DNA of 64,000 bases from Chlamydiales bacterium (lineage in GTDB: Bacteria; Chlamydiota; Chlamydiia; Chlamydiales; SM23-39). The stretch lies in the NCBI GenBank assembly GCA_035480615.1, contig DATIHO010000064.1, forward strand, positions 5,259 through 69,258. The letters are read 5' to 3'. Below are positions 1 to 10,063 of this stretch, piece after piece (the first letter of the stretch is position 1; every line of letters starts with the position of its first letter). The translations under genes and the position numbers were made by a program. The notes beneath the pieces are model-generated. The model made no database searches and was not told the DNA's origin. It was given only the letters and a program-made list of their open reading frames with translations.

Positions 1-483
1 GGAAAAAAAATCGGCAAGTTAATGCCAAAAGCTCAAAAACTGATTCAAAATTTTGATCGGAAACAAATCCAGCAACTGGCTGCGGAGAAAACGCTTTTCA
101 TCGAGATTGATGGAGAGAGGATCGAATTAAATTTAAACGATGTTCAAATCGATAGAAAAGTAAAAGAGGGGCTGGCCGCAGGCAATGAAGGGGATTTAAC
201 CGTAGCTCTCGACACATCGATAGATGAAGAACTGCTTGTTGAAGGTCTTGCCCGTGAGTTAATCAACAAAATCAATACGATGCGCCGTGAAATGGGTTTG
301 GAAGTAACAGATCGGATCCGAATCCGGATGCAGACAACGCCTCGAGTGCAAGAATGTTTTTCCCGGTTCAACACCTATATTTCAGGAGAAGCGCTGGCTG
401 TCGATATCCAATTCGGCGCAAATGATGGGGTCGTTTGGGATCTCAATGGCGAAGAAACAGTCATTCAGATTGAGAAGCTTTAG
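1..483 (+). CDS. ileS: Isoleucyl-tRNA synthetase, C-terminal fragment (gene begins upstream of the window)
   Basis: The frame is open from nt 1 (GKKIGKL precedes the Met at 22). The tail LARELINKINTMRREMGLEVTDRIRI resembles the conserved C-terminal region of type-2 IleRS. It sits next to lepB, as in Chlamydia. Confidence 0.75.
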   Translation, partial: GKKIGKLMPKAQKLIQNFDRKQIQQLAAEKTLFIEIDGERIELNLNDVQIDRKVKEGLAAGNEGDLTVALDTSIDEELLVEGLARELINKINTMRREMGLEVTDRIRIRMQTTPRVQECFSRFNTYISGEALAVDIQFGANDGVVWDLNGEETVIQIEKL

Positions 484-498
484 CTTCTGAGAAACTGT

Positions 499-933
499 CT
501 ACGAACCTATCCGGATAAGAAGCTGTTTGTAAATGAGGGGGCAATTTTGTGCCTGTTTGCAAAATTCGTTCTGAAAGTCTGCTTCTTCTGCAACATCCAG
601 CGGGAGTTTTGGAATGTAGTTCGCAAGATGACTACAAACCACTTCCCTATGGATCTCCGAATGGCTAATCGAAAACCCATGCTTTTCTAAAATTTTTTTA
701 TAATCTCTCACAGAGGGAACTTCCCAATCTTTCAATACTTCCTTCCACCGGGGCATCTCTGCCATAGTCAAGAGAATTTGATTTTCGAAAGAATCGGATA
801 AAGCGCCGACCATCCAAAATTCCGTTTGTTGATTTTTCAGAGATGTTAGTAAATTATTTTTTGTATCAATAAAAATAAAATTTTGTTTTGAACAAGACAA
901 TATAAATATTAATATTGCATGAATAATTTTCAT
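499..933 (-). CDS. Hypothetical protein (possibly a remnant of a larger gene)
   Basis: 144-aa ORF with an AT-rich, low-complexity N-terminus. No diagnostic motif and no clear RBS. Confidence 0.3.
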   Translation of the reverse strand: MKIIHAILIFILSCSKQNFIFIDTKNNLLTSLKNQQTEFWMVGALSDSFENQILLTMAEMPRWKEVLKDWEVPSVRDYKKILEKHGFSISHSEIHREVVCSHLANYIPKLPLDVAEEADFQNEFCKQAQNCPLIYKQLLIRIGS

Positions 934-964
934 TAGATTTAAATCTCTGTGATTTGTATGATCT

Positions 965-3082
965 TTGTCTGTGAATTATGTAAATTATATTCGACACACT
1001 CTTTATTCGCCAGATACCTATCATCGACGATTTGATTTAGATTTTTTGGCAGCGGGAGAATTCAGGCGCATTGCACTTGCCTCGCTTCCTTTTATCGCAA
1101 TGTATCGTCCTGTGGGATTTTCTTTATCTCTCGGGATGAATGCGGCGAGAACCTTTACCCATTTACAGGGAACGCTCAAGGCTGAAACACACGGCAAGTG
1201 GGCCGAGTGTGCAGTGGAAACGGCAAAAGCGTCTTTAAGCATCTTAACACTTACGGCCGCCTTATTTCATTTACCCTCTTCTCTTTTTATAACGAGTGGA
1301 TTTGACGCAGTGCAAGGCGCTCTTTTGACTGGAGATGCGTTTTTAAAAGCAGACTATGCAAAAGCTTTTGAAGAAGCGCTCCAAACCTTGGCGACTGTCG
1401 CTTATCTTGGGTTTATGGCAACAGGAGCTCTTGAAATGATGCTTACATTTTCTTTATTGCAGGCCGCCTTGTCTCTTTATCAGGCAAGGAAAGAAATAGT
1501 AGATGGGCACTACATCGAAGCGGCTGCAAAATTAGGGTTAGCGGCAATGCGCATTTCGTCTGCAAAAACCTATCTTCGGTTGATCGAAAAAAGAAACGCG
1601 TTCATGAAAATAGAGCAGATCCGTTCCATTTTTTTCAAAATATACAAGGGTAAAGAAGCGTATCATTTAACAAGGCATCCATTAATTTCTTTGCAAGAGA
1701 GGATCGAGGCGAATGAGGTGATATTGCAAGATAAAGATGGCGCGGATCTTCGTTTTGGATCCCATTTCCATGGAAATGGGGGAACCCTGGTCAAAGGGGA
1801 AAATCTTGCATTTCGAACGAAAATCATCGATGGAGAGGAGATGATTGAGCTCGATTTTAAAGTCAATCACGCCTTTCGCAGTAAGGTAGATGTTGCGCTT
1901 AAGCAAATCACCAGCCTGCAGCCAAAAGAGCTGAAAGAAATTTTATCCCTTGCGGGATCTCATGCGGAAGCGATTACAGTGGGCTTTGCCTCGTTTTTGC
2001 CGAAAGAGTCTCCCCCGGGCGTGGCACATGAGATTCACATGAAAAACCTCGGGACGATTTTAATCGGCGCCAATCCAGACTCGCCCACCTTGTATGATCG
2101 AGTGATTGTGCGCATCAAATCGGATCAAACTCTTTACGAGTTGCACGAAATGCTTTCCATTTTAGATTTAGACCAGGCTCTCTGCCTATCTACAAATGAG
2201 GAGATCGAACGGTTGAAAATGGGCCATCTTTTCCGCACTTTTTTCCCTCGAGAAGCGATTGCCATCGAAAGAACGGAAGAGTTCTTTCAGCTTCCTTTAG
2301 AGGACCTGAAACGAAAAATGTTTGAGAAAGCGCCGGAAATGGAAAATGTATTTAATACCTATTTTCATAAGATGACAGAAGAACATCTTTTTTGCGGGAG
2401 GGTTCGCTATCGGATTGAGGGATTGGCAGAAGCTGCCTACAATGCAGGAGCAAGAGGCCTTACCGCAGCCATTATGGGCGCTTATACAGACAAGGAGCTG
2501 TTTCATCGAATCGCCTCGGTACTTCGATTGGGGATGCTTGCGACGGAAGTGCGCCATGCAAATGATTTAGGGATGCATGGGCTCGGCGTTGGGGTTGATT
2601 ATATGAGCGGAGGGGCGGATAGTGTGTTTACCCAGCTCATCACTGAATCGCACATAAAAGAGAAGATCCCGTTGGATCATTTTAATTATTATAGCAAAGT
2701 CCGGCTTCTCTTCTCATTAGACGCATTGGAAACAGGCACTTATCAATATCATGAAGACCGTTTTGGCCATCGGACAACTGAAGATCATAAATGGTTCGAT
2801 TGGTTTCGTGACGAACCCTATGCAAATCGGGACAATATTTTAGAATTCATTGAAAAAGAAAATCGAAACCCCTACTCACATGAAGATCAGGAGGTGATGA
2901 TTAAAGAAAGGATCGCCCCCTCTTTTCTCAAAGCTTTGATCGTTGAGGATGAGAAAACAAAAATCGATCTGATTCAGTATCTGGAAGCATGCGGCATCAT
3001 GCAAAACGGCAAAGTCTTCGATCGTACGGCAGACGAATTTATTCGGATTGGTACGCAGATGACTGAGGATCTTATTCTTTAA
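965..3082 (+). CDS. Large hypothetical protein: hydrophobic N-terminal third plus a ~450-aa soluble domain. Candidate secreted or membrane effector.
   Basis: Uninterrupted 705-codon ORF with a TTG start. Several hydrophobic stretches lie in residues ~30-200. An AT-rich upstream region is present. No recognisable catalytic motif. Confidence 0.6.
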   Translation: MSVNYVNYIRHTLYSPDTYHRRFDLDFLAAGEFRRIALASLPFIAMYRPVGFSLSLGMNAARTFTHLQGTLKAETHGKWAECAVETAKASLSILTLTAALFHLPSSLFITSGFDAVQGALLTGDAFLKADYAKAFEEALQTLATVAYLGFMATGALEMMLTFSLLQAALSLYQARKEIVDGHYIEAAAKLGLAAMRISSAKTYLRLIEKRNAFMKIEQIRSIFFKIYKGKEAYHLTRHPLISLQERIEANEVILQDKDGADLRFGSHFHGNGGTLVKGENLAFRTKIIDGEEMIELDFKVNHAFRSKVDVALKQITSLQPKELKEILSLAGSHAEAITVGFASFLPKESPPGVAHEIHMKNLGTILIGANPDSPTLYDRVIVRIKSDQTLYELHEMLSILDLDQALCLSTNEEIERLKMGHLFRTFFPREAIAIERTEEFFQLPLEDLKRKMFEKAPEMENVFNTYFHKMTEEHLFCGRVRYRIEGLAEAAYNAGARGLTAAIMGAYTDKELFHRIASVLRLGMLATEVRHANDLGMHGLGVGVDYMSGGADSVFTQLITESHIKEKIPLDHFNYYSKVRLLFSLDALETGTYQYHEDRFGHRTTEDHKWFDWFRDEPYANRDNILEFIEKENRNPYSHEDQEVMIKERIAPSFLKALIVEDEKTKIDLIQYLEACGIMQNGKVFDRTADEFIRIGTQMTEDLIL

Positions 3083-3098
3083 CAGTTTCTAACGATCT

Positions 3099-4988
3099 CT
3101 AAAATTGCAAAGGTTTTTGGAGTTTTCTTCTGATATAATAAGCAGAACCGATTCCGATCGCAATCGCACTGCACCACACAAGGAGATTCGGGAAAGTGAG
3201 ATGGGGGTAAGGGGGCTGTGAAAGCCGGCCCCAGCGCTCTCCAGAAGGCCAAAAGAGAAAGCTCGGCCCACCCCGGATATTATCTGCGGGAACGAAGCCA
3301 AATTGCCGGCTATCGGCGCTCATTGCATGGTTATCTCCCAAAGCAAGATACATCTGATCCGGAACGACCAATCCAAACTGGCGGATGAAACTGGCGTCGA
3401 TTTTTCCATCGCTATGGAGAGGAGGGCCGGAATCTTCAAAAGGGAAATAGGGATTGACCGAAGTAGAGATGGATTGCTTTTGATACTCCCTTTTGAGGAA
3501 AAGGATCAGTTCGGGATCATTTTTTTTCACAATCGGCGCACCGAGAAGATAAAGATCGTGATCGCGGAAATACGCATAACGGGAAGGAAGGGCTCGGCTG
3601 TTTTGAGACGGATTGTAAAAATTTAGAAATTCAATGCCAAGATTATAGAGCAGCTGCACCCTTTCAGGATCTTTTCGATACAGGGGATGATCGGGAGGAA
3701 GCAGGCGTGTGAGGCCGCCCCAAAGAATTTTATATGCTTTCCCGTTTTGGATTTCATATGTGCCGTCAGGGATATCGGCAAGGTGGGGCAGATAGGAGAG
3801 AGTTTCCGGATGTTTGATTTTCATGCCATATCGATAGGCGGTCCCTTTTTCTACCGTAAAACGGCCTGTGATGAGGTTTTTGGCAATTTCTTGGATCTGC
3901 TGTTCATTTAATGCCATGAGAGAAGTATGCGATCCAAAATCGGGTCGCAAGCGATTCTGTTCATCCCGGATCCATTTGTTATTTTGAAATGAAGGATGGT
4001 GGGTCAGTTCAAGATAGAGGAGTCCCTGTCCAATGTCTTTGGCTGATCCCGGATAGAACTGCTCCGCTTGCTTGGGAGTGAGTAGGCGAGCCATTGCATA
4101 ATTTTTAAACCCCCAAAGATCGCTATATTGAGAGATCCCCGGCTTATTGACCAGCAGCTCTCCTGAAACTGTACCGATTTGGTTCCCCTTTAATTTCGCA
4201 ACCGGTTGATTCATTTGATAAAAGGTAGCGGTAGTAAACCGGCCGTCTCTAAAGTGCGAAGTTTCTACTTTTCCATCAAAGCGAATAAAAGGAATGTGTT
4301 CTAATGATTGCATCCATTCAGGATTGCGAAGCGCCGTAATTTCTTTTCCCTGCGCGTCAATTCCATAGATCTTCCCTCCATAAAAATACAGGGTATCTCC
4401 CGGTTTTCCGATCAACCGTTTTACATAGAGTTTTTTTCCTGGAAAAAGATAAAAGTAGGTCGTATTCGAATCGGGGATGTCCATGTTTTCTCCGGAAAAG
4501 ACAAAAATACCTCCCCGTTGGGCAAGAGTTGGATCAAAATAAAAGTGAGCAGGCCTTAAAGGAACATTGAGTCCATAATCGGTTTTTGAGACGACAAGAA
4601 AATCCCCCTCTTTTAAAGTCGGGCGCATCGATCCTGTTGGAATGGTGTAGGGCTCAAACCACATCGTCCGGATGATAACGGCAACGAATAAAGCAAAGCT
4701 TATTTTTGAAATGAAATCTTTTGTTTTATCCCAAAAAGTTTTTGGCATAAATCGATTTGTCGAGATGAGAAGCTGCTGGCTGATTTGAGAGGCGATCACA
4801 ATATCTTTTTGAAGGATCGCAGTTTGCAAAGATTTAAGATGAGATTGGAGCCGTTCTTTGGATGCTGGATCTAAATTTTTTTCTTTCCTTCGATATAAAC
4901 GATAAGATTCGCGTAAAAAGCGTCTTATCTTGCTAAGCGTGTAGAAAGAGGTGACGTTTTTTACAACCATAAAGCGAGGATAAGGCAT
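3099..4988 (-). CDS. lepB: Signal peptidase I (long chlamydial form)
   Basis: S26 motifs GSMRPTL (catalytic Ser box) and LGDNHAMSADSRQFGFVPADNIRG (Lys/GDN box). The ~630-aa length is typical of Chlamydiae LepB. Confidence 0.9.
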   Translation of the reverse strand: MPYPRFMVVKNVTSFYTLSKIRRFLRESYRLYRRKEKNLDPASKERLQSHLKSLQTAILQKDIVIASQISQQLLISTNRFMPKTFWDKTKDFISKISFALFVAVIIRTMWFEPYTIPTGSMRPTLKEGDFLVVSKTDYGLNVPLRPAHFYFDPTLAQRGGIFVFSGENMDIPDSNTTYFYLFPGKKLYVKRLIGKPGDTLYFYGGKIYGIDAQGKEITALRNPEWMQSLEHIPFIRFDGKVETSHFRDGRFTTATFYQMNQPVAKLKGNQIGTVSGELLVNKPGISQYSDLWGFKNYAMARLLTPKQAEQFYPGSAKDIGQGLLYLELTHHPSFQNNKWIRDEQNRLRPDFGSHTSLMALNEQQIQEIAKNLITGRFTVEKGTAYRYGMKIKHPETLSYLPHLADIPDGTYEIQNGKAYKILWGGLTRLLPPDHPLYRKDPERVQLLYNLGIEFLNFYNPSQNSRALPSRYAYFRDHDLYLLGAPIVKKNDPELILFLKREYQKQSISTSVNPYFPFEDSGPPLHSDGKIDASFIRQFGLVVPDQMYLALGDNHAMSADSRQFGFVPADNIRGGPSFLFWPSGERWGRLSQPPYPHLTFPNLLVWCSAIAIGIGSAYYIRRKLQKPLQF

Positions 4989-5010
4989 CCTCTAGTAAAA
5001 AACAAGACAA

Positions 5011-6024
5011 TTATAAAGGATGCCAGGCAAAAGGTTTGATGGTTTCAGTATAGGAATCGGCATGGCCAATAGGGACTAAAAGCCAGATATAACAATGATC
5101 GGTTGTAAGGACCTGATTGAGATCCTCTTCCTCAATTTCAAGAGTGAGCAGCTCGTCCTTTCCTTGGATAAGGGAATAAGAGATAGGGCACAATTCCCTC
5201 TCTTTTGTCGTTACGTCAATGGCAAAAAGATTGAAATTTTGAAAATATTTAGGACTTTTTAGAAACAGTTTCAGTCCTTTTTGAGTTTTTTTAGGATCTC
5301 CTATAAATTGAGGGATTCTTCTCGGAAATTTACGATAGGGGGAAGGGCAATGCTTACCGGTATCGATTGTCCGCAAAGCAAGGTTTGCATGGGATGCTTC
5401 CACTTGTATCCAGAAAGGAAAAGGGAACCGTCCTTCTTTATCAAAATAGAGAAGCACTGTATTTCCTGAAAAGGGAGTTTGATCTTTTGGCCAAACCGTC
5501 TCGTAAACATCAAATTGCATCCCTTCTTGCTTTTTGCCTTCAAAGAGGGCGGGAGGAGACCAAATTTTACGGTTGTCCATTTCTCCCTGGGAGGGAGGGG
5601 GACCAATTTTTCTCCTGTTTTCATGAGAAACAGGTGTTAAAGACAGCGAAAGCAGGGTTGCAATGAGACTTTCCTTTGTCGAGAGCTGAATCCACGCTCC
5701 CCTTGTAAAAGAGTAGCATTCAAGAATTTCTCCATTGGATCGCTGTATTTCAAACATGGACCAGGAAGTGTGGCCGGGAGCCTTCCCTTTGATCCATTCA
5801 TGCCAGGAAGAGGGTCTTGTTTGCAGATTTTCCACAGGAGCGCTCACCTCTTCTAAAACAAAGGAGGTGGGATTGATCGAACGAATAGAGAGCAGGGTGA
5901 TCATTTTTCCTCCTTCCATGACGAGATAATCGCCATTTGAGGCAATGCTTAGCCTGTCTTGTACAGAAACTCCAAAAAAAGAAAGGCAAGCCGCCAGGAA
6001 GGCAACAAAAAAAATTCGAATCAT
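5011..6024 (-). CDS. Exported hypothetical protein
   Basis: N-terminal signal peptide MIRIFFVAFLAACLSFFGVSV. Long clean ORF directly upstream of lepB, in the position of CT021 in C. trachomatis (from memory). Confidence 0.6.
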   Translation of the reverse strand: MIRIFFVAFLAACLSFFGVSVQDRLSIASNGDYLVMEGGKMITLLSIRSINPTSFVLEEVSAPVENLQTRPSSWHEWIKGKAPGHTSWSMFEIQRSNGEILECYSFTRGAWIQLSTKESLIATLLSLSLTPVSHENRRKIGPPPSQGEMDNRKIWSPPALFEGKKQEGMQFDVYETVWPKDQTPFSGNTVLLYFDKEGRFPFPFWIQVEASHANLALRTIDTGKHCPSPYRKFPRRIPQFIGDPKKTQKGLKLFLKSPKYFQNFNLFAIDVTTKERELCPISYSLIQGKDELLTLEIEEEDLNQVLTTDHCYIWLLVPIGHADSYTETIKPFAWHPL

Positions 6025-6088
6025 ACGGCCTTTGATTTTAGCTGATTATCTCTTTTCTGAGCGATCTATGATTGTATTAGAGAGACAA

Positions 6089-6511
6089 ATGAAGTATACA
6101 CAAAATCAAGTATTCATGAGACAACCATTTTTCCTGACCTTATCCCTTTTTATTTTGATTTGGGCTTTTGGGGTGTTGGACTGCGTTGGATCGAAAGAGA
6201 AAAAAAAATCTTTGATGACTGATCTGACTTTCGATGAGATGTATTTTTTTGCGGATCATCCAACGATCCGTGAGCAAGTGATGGACATCGATCGGCAACT
6301 CATCGAGCTTCAAGATATGAAACGGGGGTTTGAAGCTCGTGCTTTAAGACACGAGGATCAAGCGCAACGACTTCAATTTGAAGACAGGGCTGTTTTAGAG
6401 ACGAGGAGACATCTTGACCTTGCAGACGAGAACCGGGCAAAAGCGGCAAAGGTGCAAGAAGAAATCGATCGTCTTCAAATTGAAAGACGCAAATTATTGC
6501 AACGCACATGA
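6089..6511 (+). CDS. Small membrane-anchored coiled-coil protein
   Basis: The internal ATG at 6089 avoids overlap with the divergent gene ending at 6024. One TM segment (FFLTLSLFILIWAFGVL) is followed by a charged heptad-like region. Its stop overlaps the pncB start (ATGA). Confidence 0.5.
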   Translation: MKYTQNQVFMRQPFFLTLSLFILIWAFGVLDCVGSKEKKKSLMTDLTFDEMYFFADHPTIREQVMDIDRQLIELQDMKRGFEARALRHEDQAQRLQFEDRAVLETRRHLDLADENRAKAAKVQEEIDRLQIERRKLLQRT

Positions 6512-7962
6512 CCCTGCTTGCTCAAAATCTCGCACTTTTGACCGACCTGTATCAATTGACCATGATTTATGGGTATTGGAAGGCGGGAATTCATGAGAGA
6601 AAAGCGGTTTTTCATCTCAATTTCCGTAAATGGCCTTTCAAGGGGGGATTTGCGATAGCGGCAGGACTGGAAACAGCGATCGAATTTTTGCAAAATCTCC
6701 AATTTTCCAAAACCGATCTCGAATATTTGGCCTCGTTGCATGATATAAAGGGAACGCCATTATTCGAAAAAGAGTTTTTACATTTTCTCTCCGCGTTTCG
6801 ATTTCGCTGCGATTTTGACGCCGTTGCTGAAGGAAGTCTTGTTTTTCCCTTTGAGCCGATCATCCGCGTAGTGGGACCGATATGGCAAGCGCAGCTTCTT
6901 GAAAGCCCAATGTTGAACCTCATCAACTTTCAAACGTTGATCGCAACAAAAGCAGCCCGAATTTGTATGGCGGCGAATCCTGATCCGGTGATTGAATTTG
7001 GGATGAGAAGGGCACAAGGGCCTGATGGGGCTGTTTCCGCAACAAGGGCGGCATATATCGGAGGCTGCATCGCAACATCGAATGTCCTAGGGGGCAAGCT
7101 TTTTGGCATTCCTGTCAAAGGGACTCATGCTCATAGTTGGGTGATGGCCTTTGACAAAGAAGAGGAGTCTTTTCAAACGTTTGTGGATTTCATGCCCAAC
7201 GGATGTGTCATTTTGATAGATACTTATGATTCGATTCGAGGAGTCAAACGGGCCATCGAAGCTGCGCGCAAACTAAAGGCAAAGGGAATAGATCTTTATG
7301 GAGTGCGTCTTGACTCGGGAGATTTAGCCCATTTAAGCATTGAGATTCGAAAAATTTTGGACAAAGAGGGGTATCAAGAAACGAAAATTATGGCGAGCAA
7401 TGAGCTGGATGAATACCTCATCTTAGACCTGAAGCGGCAAGGAGCGAAAATTACAGTTTGGGGCGTGGGAACCAATCTTGTAACCGGAAAAGAACAACCG
7501 GCGCTTGACGGGGTGTATAAGTTATCGGCGATTCAAGATATTCATGGGACATGGCTTCCCAAAATTAAGCTTTCCGAACAAATGATCAAGTCGACGAATC
7601 CCGGAATGTTGCAAATCCGTCGATTTTTTGATGGAAAATATTATCTCGCCGATTGCATTTTTGATGAATTGACAGACATCGATTTGCCCCTTCAGATTAT
7701 CGATCTCTTTGATCCCAATCATGTTAAAAACTTTCCAAAGGGGACATGCAGCGAAGATCTTCTCATTCCTGTTTTTCGGAGCGGCGAACTCGTATATCAT
7801 ACTCCTTCATTGCAAGAGATTCAAAATACAGCAAAACGGGAGTTGTCGAGACTGTCTCCAAATATGGAGCGTTTTGTCAACCCGCAGCCCTATTTAGCCG
7901 GATTGGAAAAAGGGCTCTACCAGAAAAAACTCAAAATGATTCAAGAATTGAAAAATCCATGA
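6508..7962 (+). CDS. pncB: Nicotinate phosphoribosyltransferase
   Basis: N-terminal LTDLYQLTM motif. Size and overall pattern fit the NAPRTase family. Translationally coupled to pncA. Confidence 0.85.
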   Translation: MTLLAQNLALLTDLYQLTMIYGYWKAGIHERKAVFHLNFRKWPFKGGFAIAAGLETAIEFLQNLQFSKTDLEYLASLHDIKGTPLFEKEFLHFLSAFRFRCDFDAVAEGSLVFPFEPIIRVVGPIWQAQLLESPMLNLINFQTLIATKAARICMAANPDPVIEFGMRRAQGPDGAVSATRAAYIGGCIATSNVLGGKLFGIPVKGTHAHSWVMAFDKEEESFQTFVDFMPNGCVILIDTYDSIRGVKRAIEAARKLKAKGIDLYGVRLDSGDLAHLSIEIRKILDKEGYQETKIMASNELDEYLILDLKRQGAKITVWGVGTNLVTGKEQPALDGVYKLSAIQDIHGTWLPKIKLSEQMIKSTNPGMLQIRRFFDGKYYLADCIFDELTDIDLPLQIIDLFDPNHVKNFPKGTCSEDLLIPVFRSGELVYHTPSLQEIQNTAKRELSRLSPNMERFVNPQPYLAGLEKGLYQKKLKMIQELKNP

Positions 7963-8573
7963 AAAAAGCCTTGATTATAACTGATATGCAGCGCGACTTT
8001 ATGCCGGGGGGCGCTTTAGGGGTCAGCGGAGCGAATCACATGATCCCAATGATCAATCAGCTCATGTTGAAATTCAGCCACGTGCTTGCCGTACGTGATT
8101 TTCATCCTATAAATCATGTAAGTTTTGCTTCGACTCATGGAAAAAGGGTCGGAGAAACGGTCACAGTGGGCGCCTCTGAACAAATCCTTTGGCCTGATCA
8201 TTGTGTGCAGGGAACGAGAGGGGCAGAACTTGCAGATGGGCTTTCCATAGAGCGGATCGAAGCGATTTTCAACAAGGGGACGGACCCGTCGGTTGACAGC
8301 TATAGTGCCTTTTTTGATAGCAAACGACATCAATCCACCGGCCTTGAGAAATATTTAAAGAATCATAAGTTGCAGGATCTTTATTTTGTAGGAGTCGCCA
8401 CTGATTATTGCATTCTCTATTCGGTTCTGGATGCATTGGCGCTTGGGTTTATAGTGAGTGTAATTATCGATGCATGCCGCGCAATCAATAGGAAACTGGG
8501 TGATGAAAAAAAATCGATCGATATCATGCAGTCAAAAGGAGCTCAAATCATTGAATCACTTAAGGTTTTTTAA
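7959..8573 (+). CDS. pncA: Nicotinamidase/pyrazinamidase (isochorismatase family)
   Basis: MKKALIITDMQRDFMPGGALGV matches the isochorismatase-family N-terminus, followed by ATDYCI... The ATG at 7959 overlaps the pncB stop (ATGA). The longer ORF from 7746 is rejected. Confidence 0.85.
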   Translation: MKKALIITDMQRDFMPGGALGVSGANHMIPMINQLMLKFSHVLAVRDFHPINHVSFASTHGKRVGETVTVGASEQILWPDHCVQGTRGAELADGLSIERIEAIFNKGTDPSVDSYSAFFDSKRHQSTGLEKYLKNHKLQDLYFVGVATDYCILYSVLDALALGFIVSVIIDACRAINRKLGDEKKSIDIMQSKGAQIIESLKVF

Positions 8574-9106
8574 CCTGCGCGGCTGGCGTTTTTTAAGCCT
8601 TCATTTGCTGATTGCAAAAGAGAGAGCACTTCCTGTTTCGCATTTCCTCCGGATTGTTTAGCGGTTTTGTCTCTATATTGCTCCAGTGCAAGCTGGCTTT
8701 CAGCAGTCTTTTCGGACATCTTGGCTTGAAGCATTGCTGTAGACATGCCTCCAAGCTGAGGCAGGTGAGTGGAGGTGAGCGAGATCAACTGTTTGTCATC
8801 GGCATTCGGGAAAAACAAGCCGCAAGCAAGAAGCGCAATAGAGGCCAGATGGATATTGCGATTCACTTTGCCATAATCGCGTTGAAGGTCTGTGGATTGA
8901 AGATTTGCATGCGTAAATCGATCTTTCATTGTTTTGATGGCTGACTGATCGTTTGCGGAGATTTTTCCAAAGGCTGTAAGCAGCTGAGCAACAAGCTTTT
9001 GAATTTCAAAAATGTAATTAAAGGGTTGAATATTTTCTTGGTTTATTACATCCATGCCTGAATAGAGGGTGTTTGTATCGAGATCGAGGGCGGTAACTGC
9101 TGACAT
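8570..9106 (-). CDS. Putative T3SS minor hydrophobic translocator (CopD/YopD position)
   Basis: Last gene of the chaperone-translocator operon. Single central hydrophobic segment IHLASIALLACGLFF. GGAG RBS 15 nt after the preceding stop. Confidence 0.5.
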   Translation of the reverse strand: MSAVTALDLDTNTLYSGMDVINQENIQPFNYIFEIQKLVAQLLTAFGKISANDQSAIKTMKDRFTHANLQSTDLQRDYGKVNRNIHLASIALLACGLFFPNADDKQLISLTSTHLPQLGGMSTAMLQAKMSEKTAESQLALEQYRDKTAKQSGGNAKQEVLSLLQSANEGLKNASRAG

Positions 9107-9121
9107 CGTTTTTCTCCTTTT

Positions 9122-10063
9122 TTATAAATCCTGTATTTCTGAGGCGATAATCGCCTTATGAAGCTCTTGTACAAACGCTTCAGACATCTCTATCAAATTT
9201 TGCACGCGGGTGACCTGCTCCCCCATTTCCATCCTGATGAGTTCTGCAAGAGTATCTAAAGTTTTCATTTTTGCGGAGAGATCGTTCATCCTTTTTTCAA
9301 CAAAGGTTTTGCCCATTTGAGTAGTGAATGTTACGCCTGTACTGGATATTTGAGTGATATTCAAGGCTTTTTTCGCTGCCTCAAACCTTGTAACATTGGA
9401 TGCGGCTGCAGAAAAGATTCCATTGGCGGAAGCGCCGATGCCTCCGCACAGCCCGGTGCCGAGTTCCAAATAAAGAAAACCGGTTTCGATTTGTTGGGCG
9501 AGTTTTTTTTGCATTTCAATGGACTTCGTAAACCAGGAAGCAATGGATTGCCAACCAATGGTATCGTTAACGACTTTGTTGCCCAATCCGAGCAAGCCGG
9601 AAGCTAAGAGCAGAGTGCCCCATCCGGATGTAAGCGTCAGACCAAGGGCAATGGATGTCCCCGCGGCTAAATATTGAGCAACGGACCCTAAAACGCTCCA
9701 ATTGTCTTTTGATGCCGATTCTGCAACATGTTTTCGGAAAGCTTCTTCTTTCTCTTTCTCAAGTTGTGCGATTTGGGCTAAATCTATGTCTGTTTGTTTT
9801 TTGAAAAAAGCGGCCTCTTTTGCCATCACCTTTTCAACCTGCCCATGCATTTCAAGAAGATCGAGCATATATACCCGAGGTGGTTCCAGCTGAGGGCGCT
9901 GATGCATCACGGGCGCATCTTCCCAGTGTTTGCGAATCGTTGATGCTCCATCGGATTTTGGAGAGTGTCTAGCGATTTTGACGTGGTCAACACTCCAACT
10001 TTCAGGCTGGTCGGGATATATTCGGTCTAAATAATGAATCGAATTCATGCGGAGATTTTCCAT
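9122..10063 (-). CDS. Putative T3SS major hydrophobic translocator (CopB/YopB position)
   Basis: Lies immediately downstream of the LcrH-type chaperone. The alternative ATG at 10048 overlaps the chaperone stop as ATGA. Two adjacent TM segments (GTSIALGLTLTSGWGTLLLASGLLGLG) and a further hydrophobic stretch are flanked by coiled-coil regions. Confidence 0.6.
   Translation of the reverse strand: MENLRMNSIHYLDRIYPDQPESWSVDHVKIARHSPKSDGASTIRKHWEDAPVMHQRPQLEPPRVYMLDLLEMHGQVEKVMAKEAAFFKKQTDIDLAQIAQLEKEKEEAFRKHVAESASKDNWSVLGSVAQYLAAGTSIALGLTLTSGWGTLLLASGLLGLGNKVVNDTIGWQSIASWFTKSIEMQKKLAQQIETGFLYLELGTGLCGGIGASANGIFSAAASNVTRFEAAKKALNITQISSTGVTFTTQMGKTFVEKRMNDLSAKMKTLDTLAELIRMEMGEQVTRVQNLIEMSEAFVQELHKAIIASEIQDL

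Noticed and set aside
499-933. A possible truncated SAM-methyltransferase remnant
   Set aside because: The resemblance is vague (DWEVPSVRDYKKILEKHGFS) and no SAM-binding motif is present. It is kept only as a low-confidence hypothetical ORF.
3080-3108. A shared 11-mer, TAACGATCTCT, downstream of lepB and also at 25592 downstream of aspS
   Set aside because: The match is too short and isolated to call a repeat family without a genome-wide count.
5945-6088. An N-terminal extension of the small coiled-coil gene. Similar extensions occur at 7746-7958 (pncA), 18132-18323 (mlaE-like), 22881-22979 (trmD), 23588-23656 (rplS), 29537-29611 (pnp) and 57367-57453 (dnaA).
   Set aside because: Each extension overlaps the neighbouring gene and lacks homology-like sequence. 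In each case an internal ATG gives the conserved N-terminus, often with an ATGA stop-start overlap.
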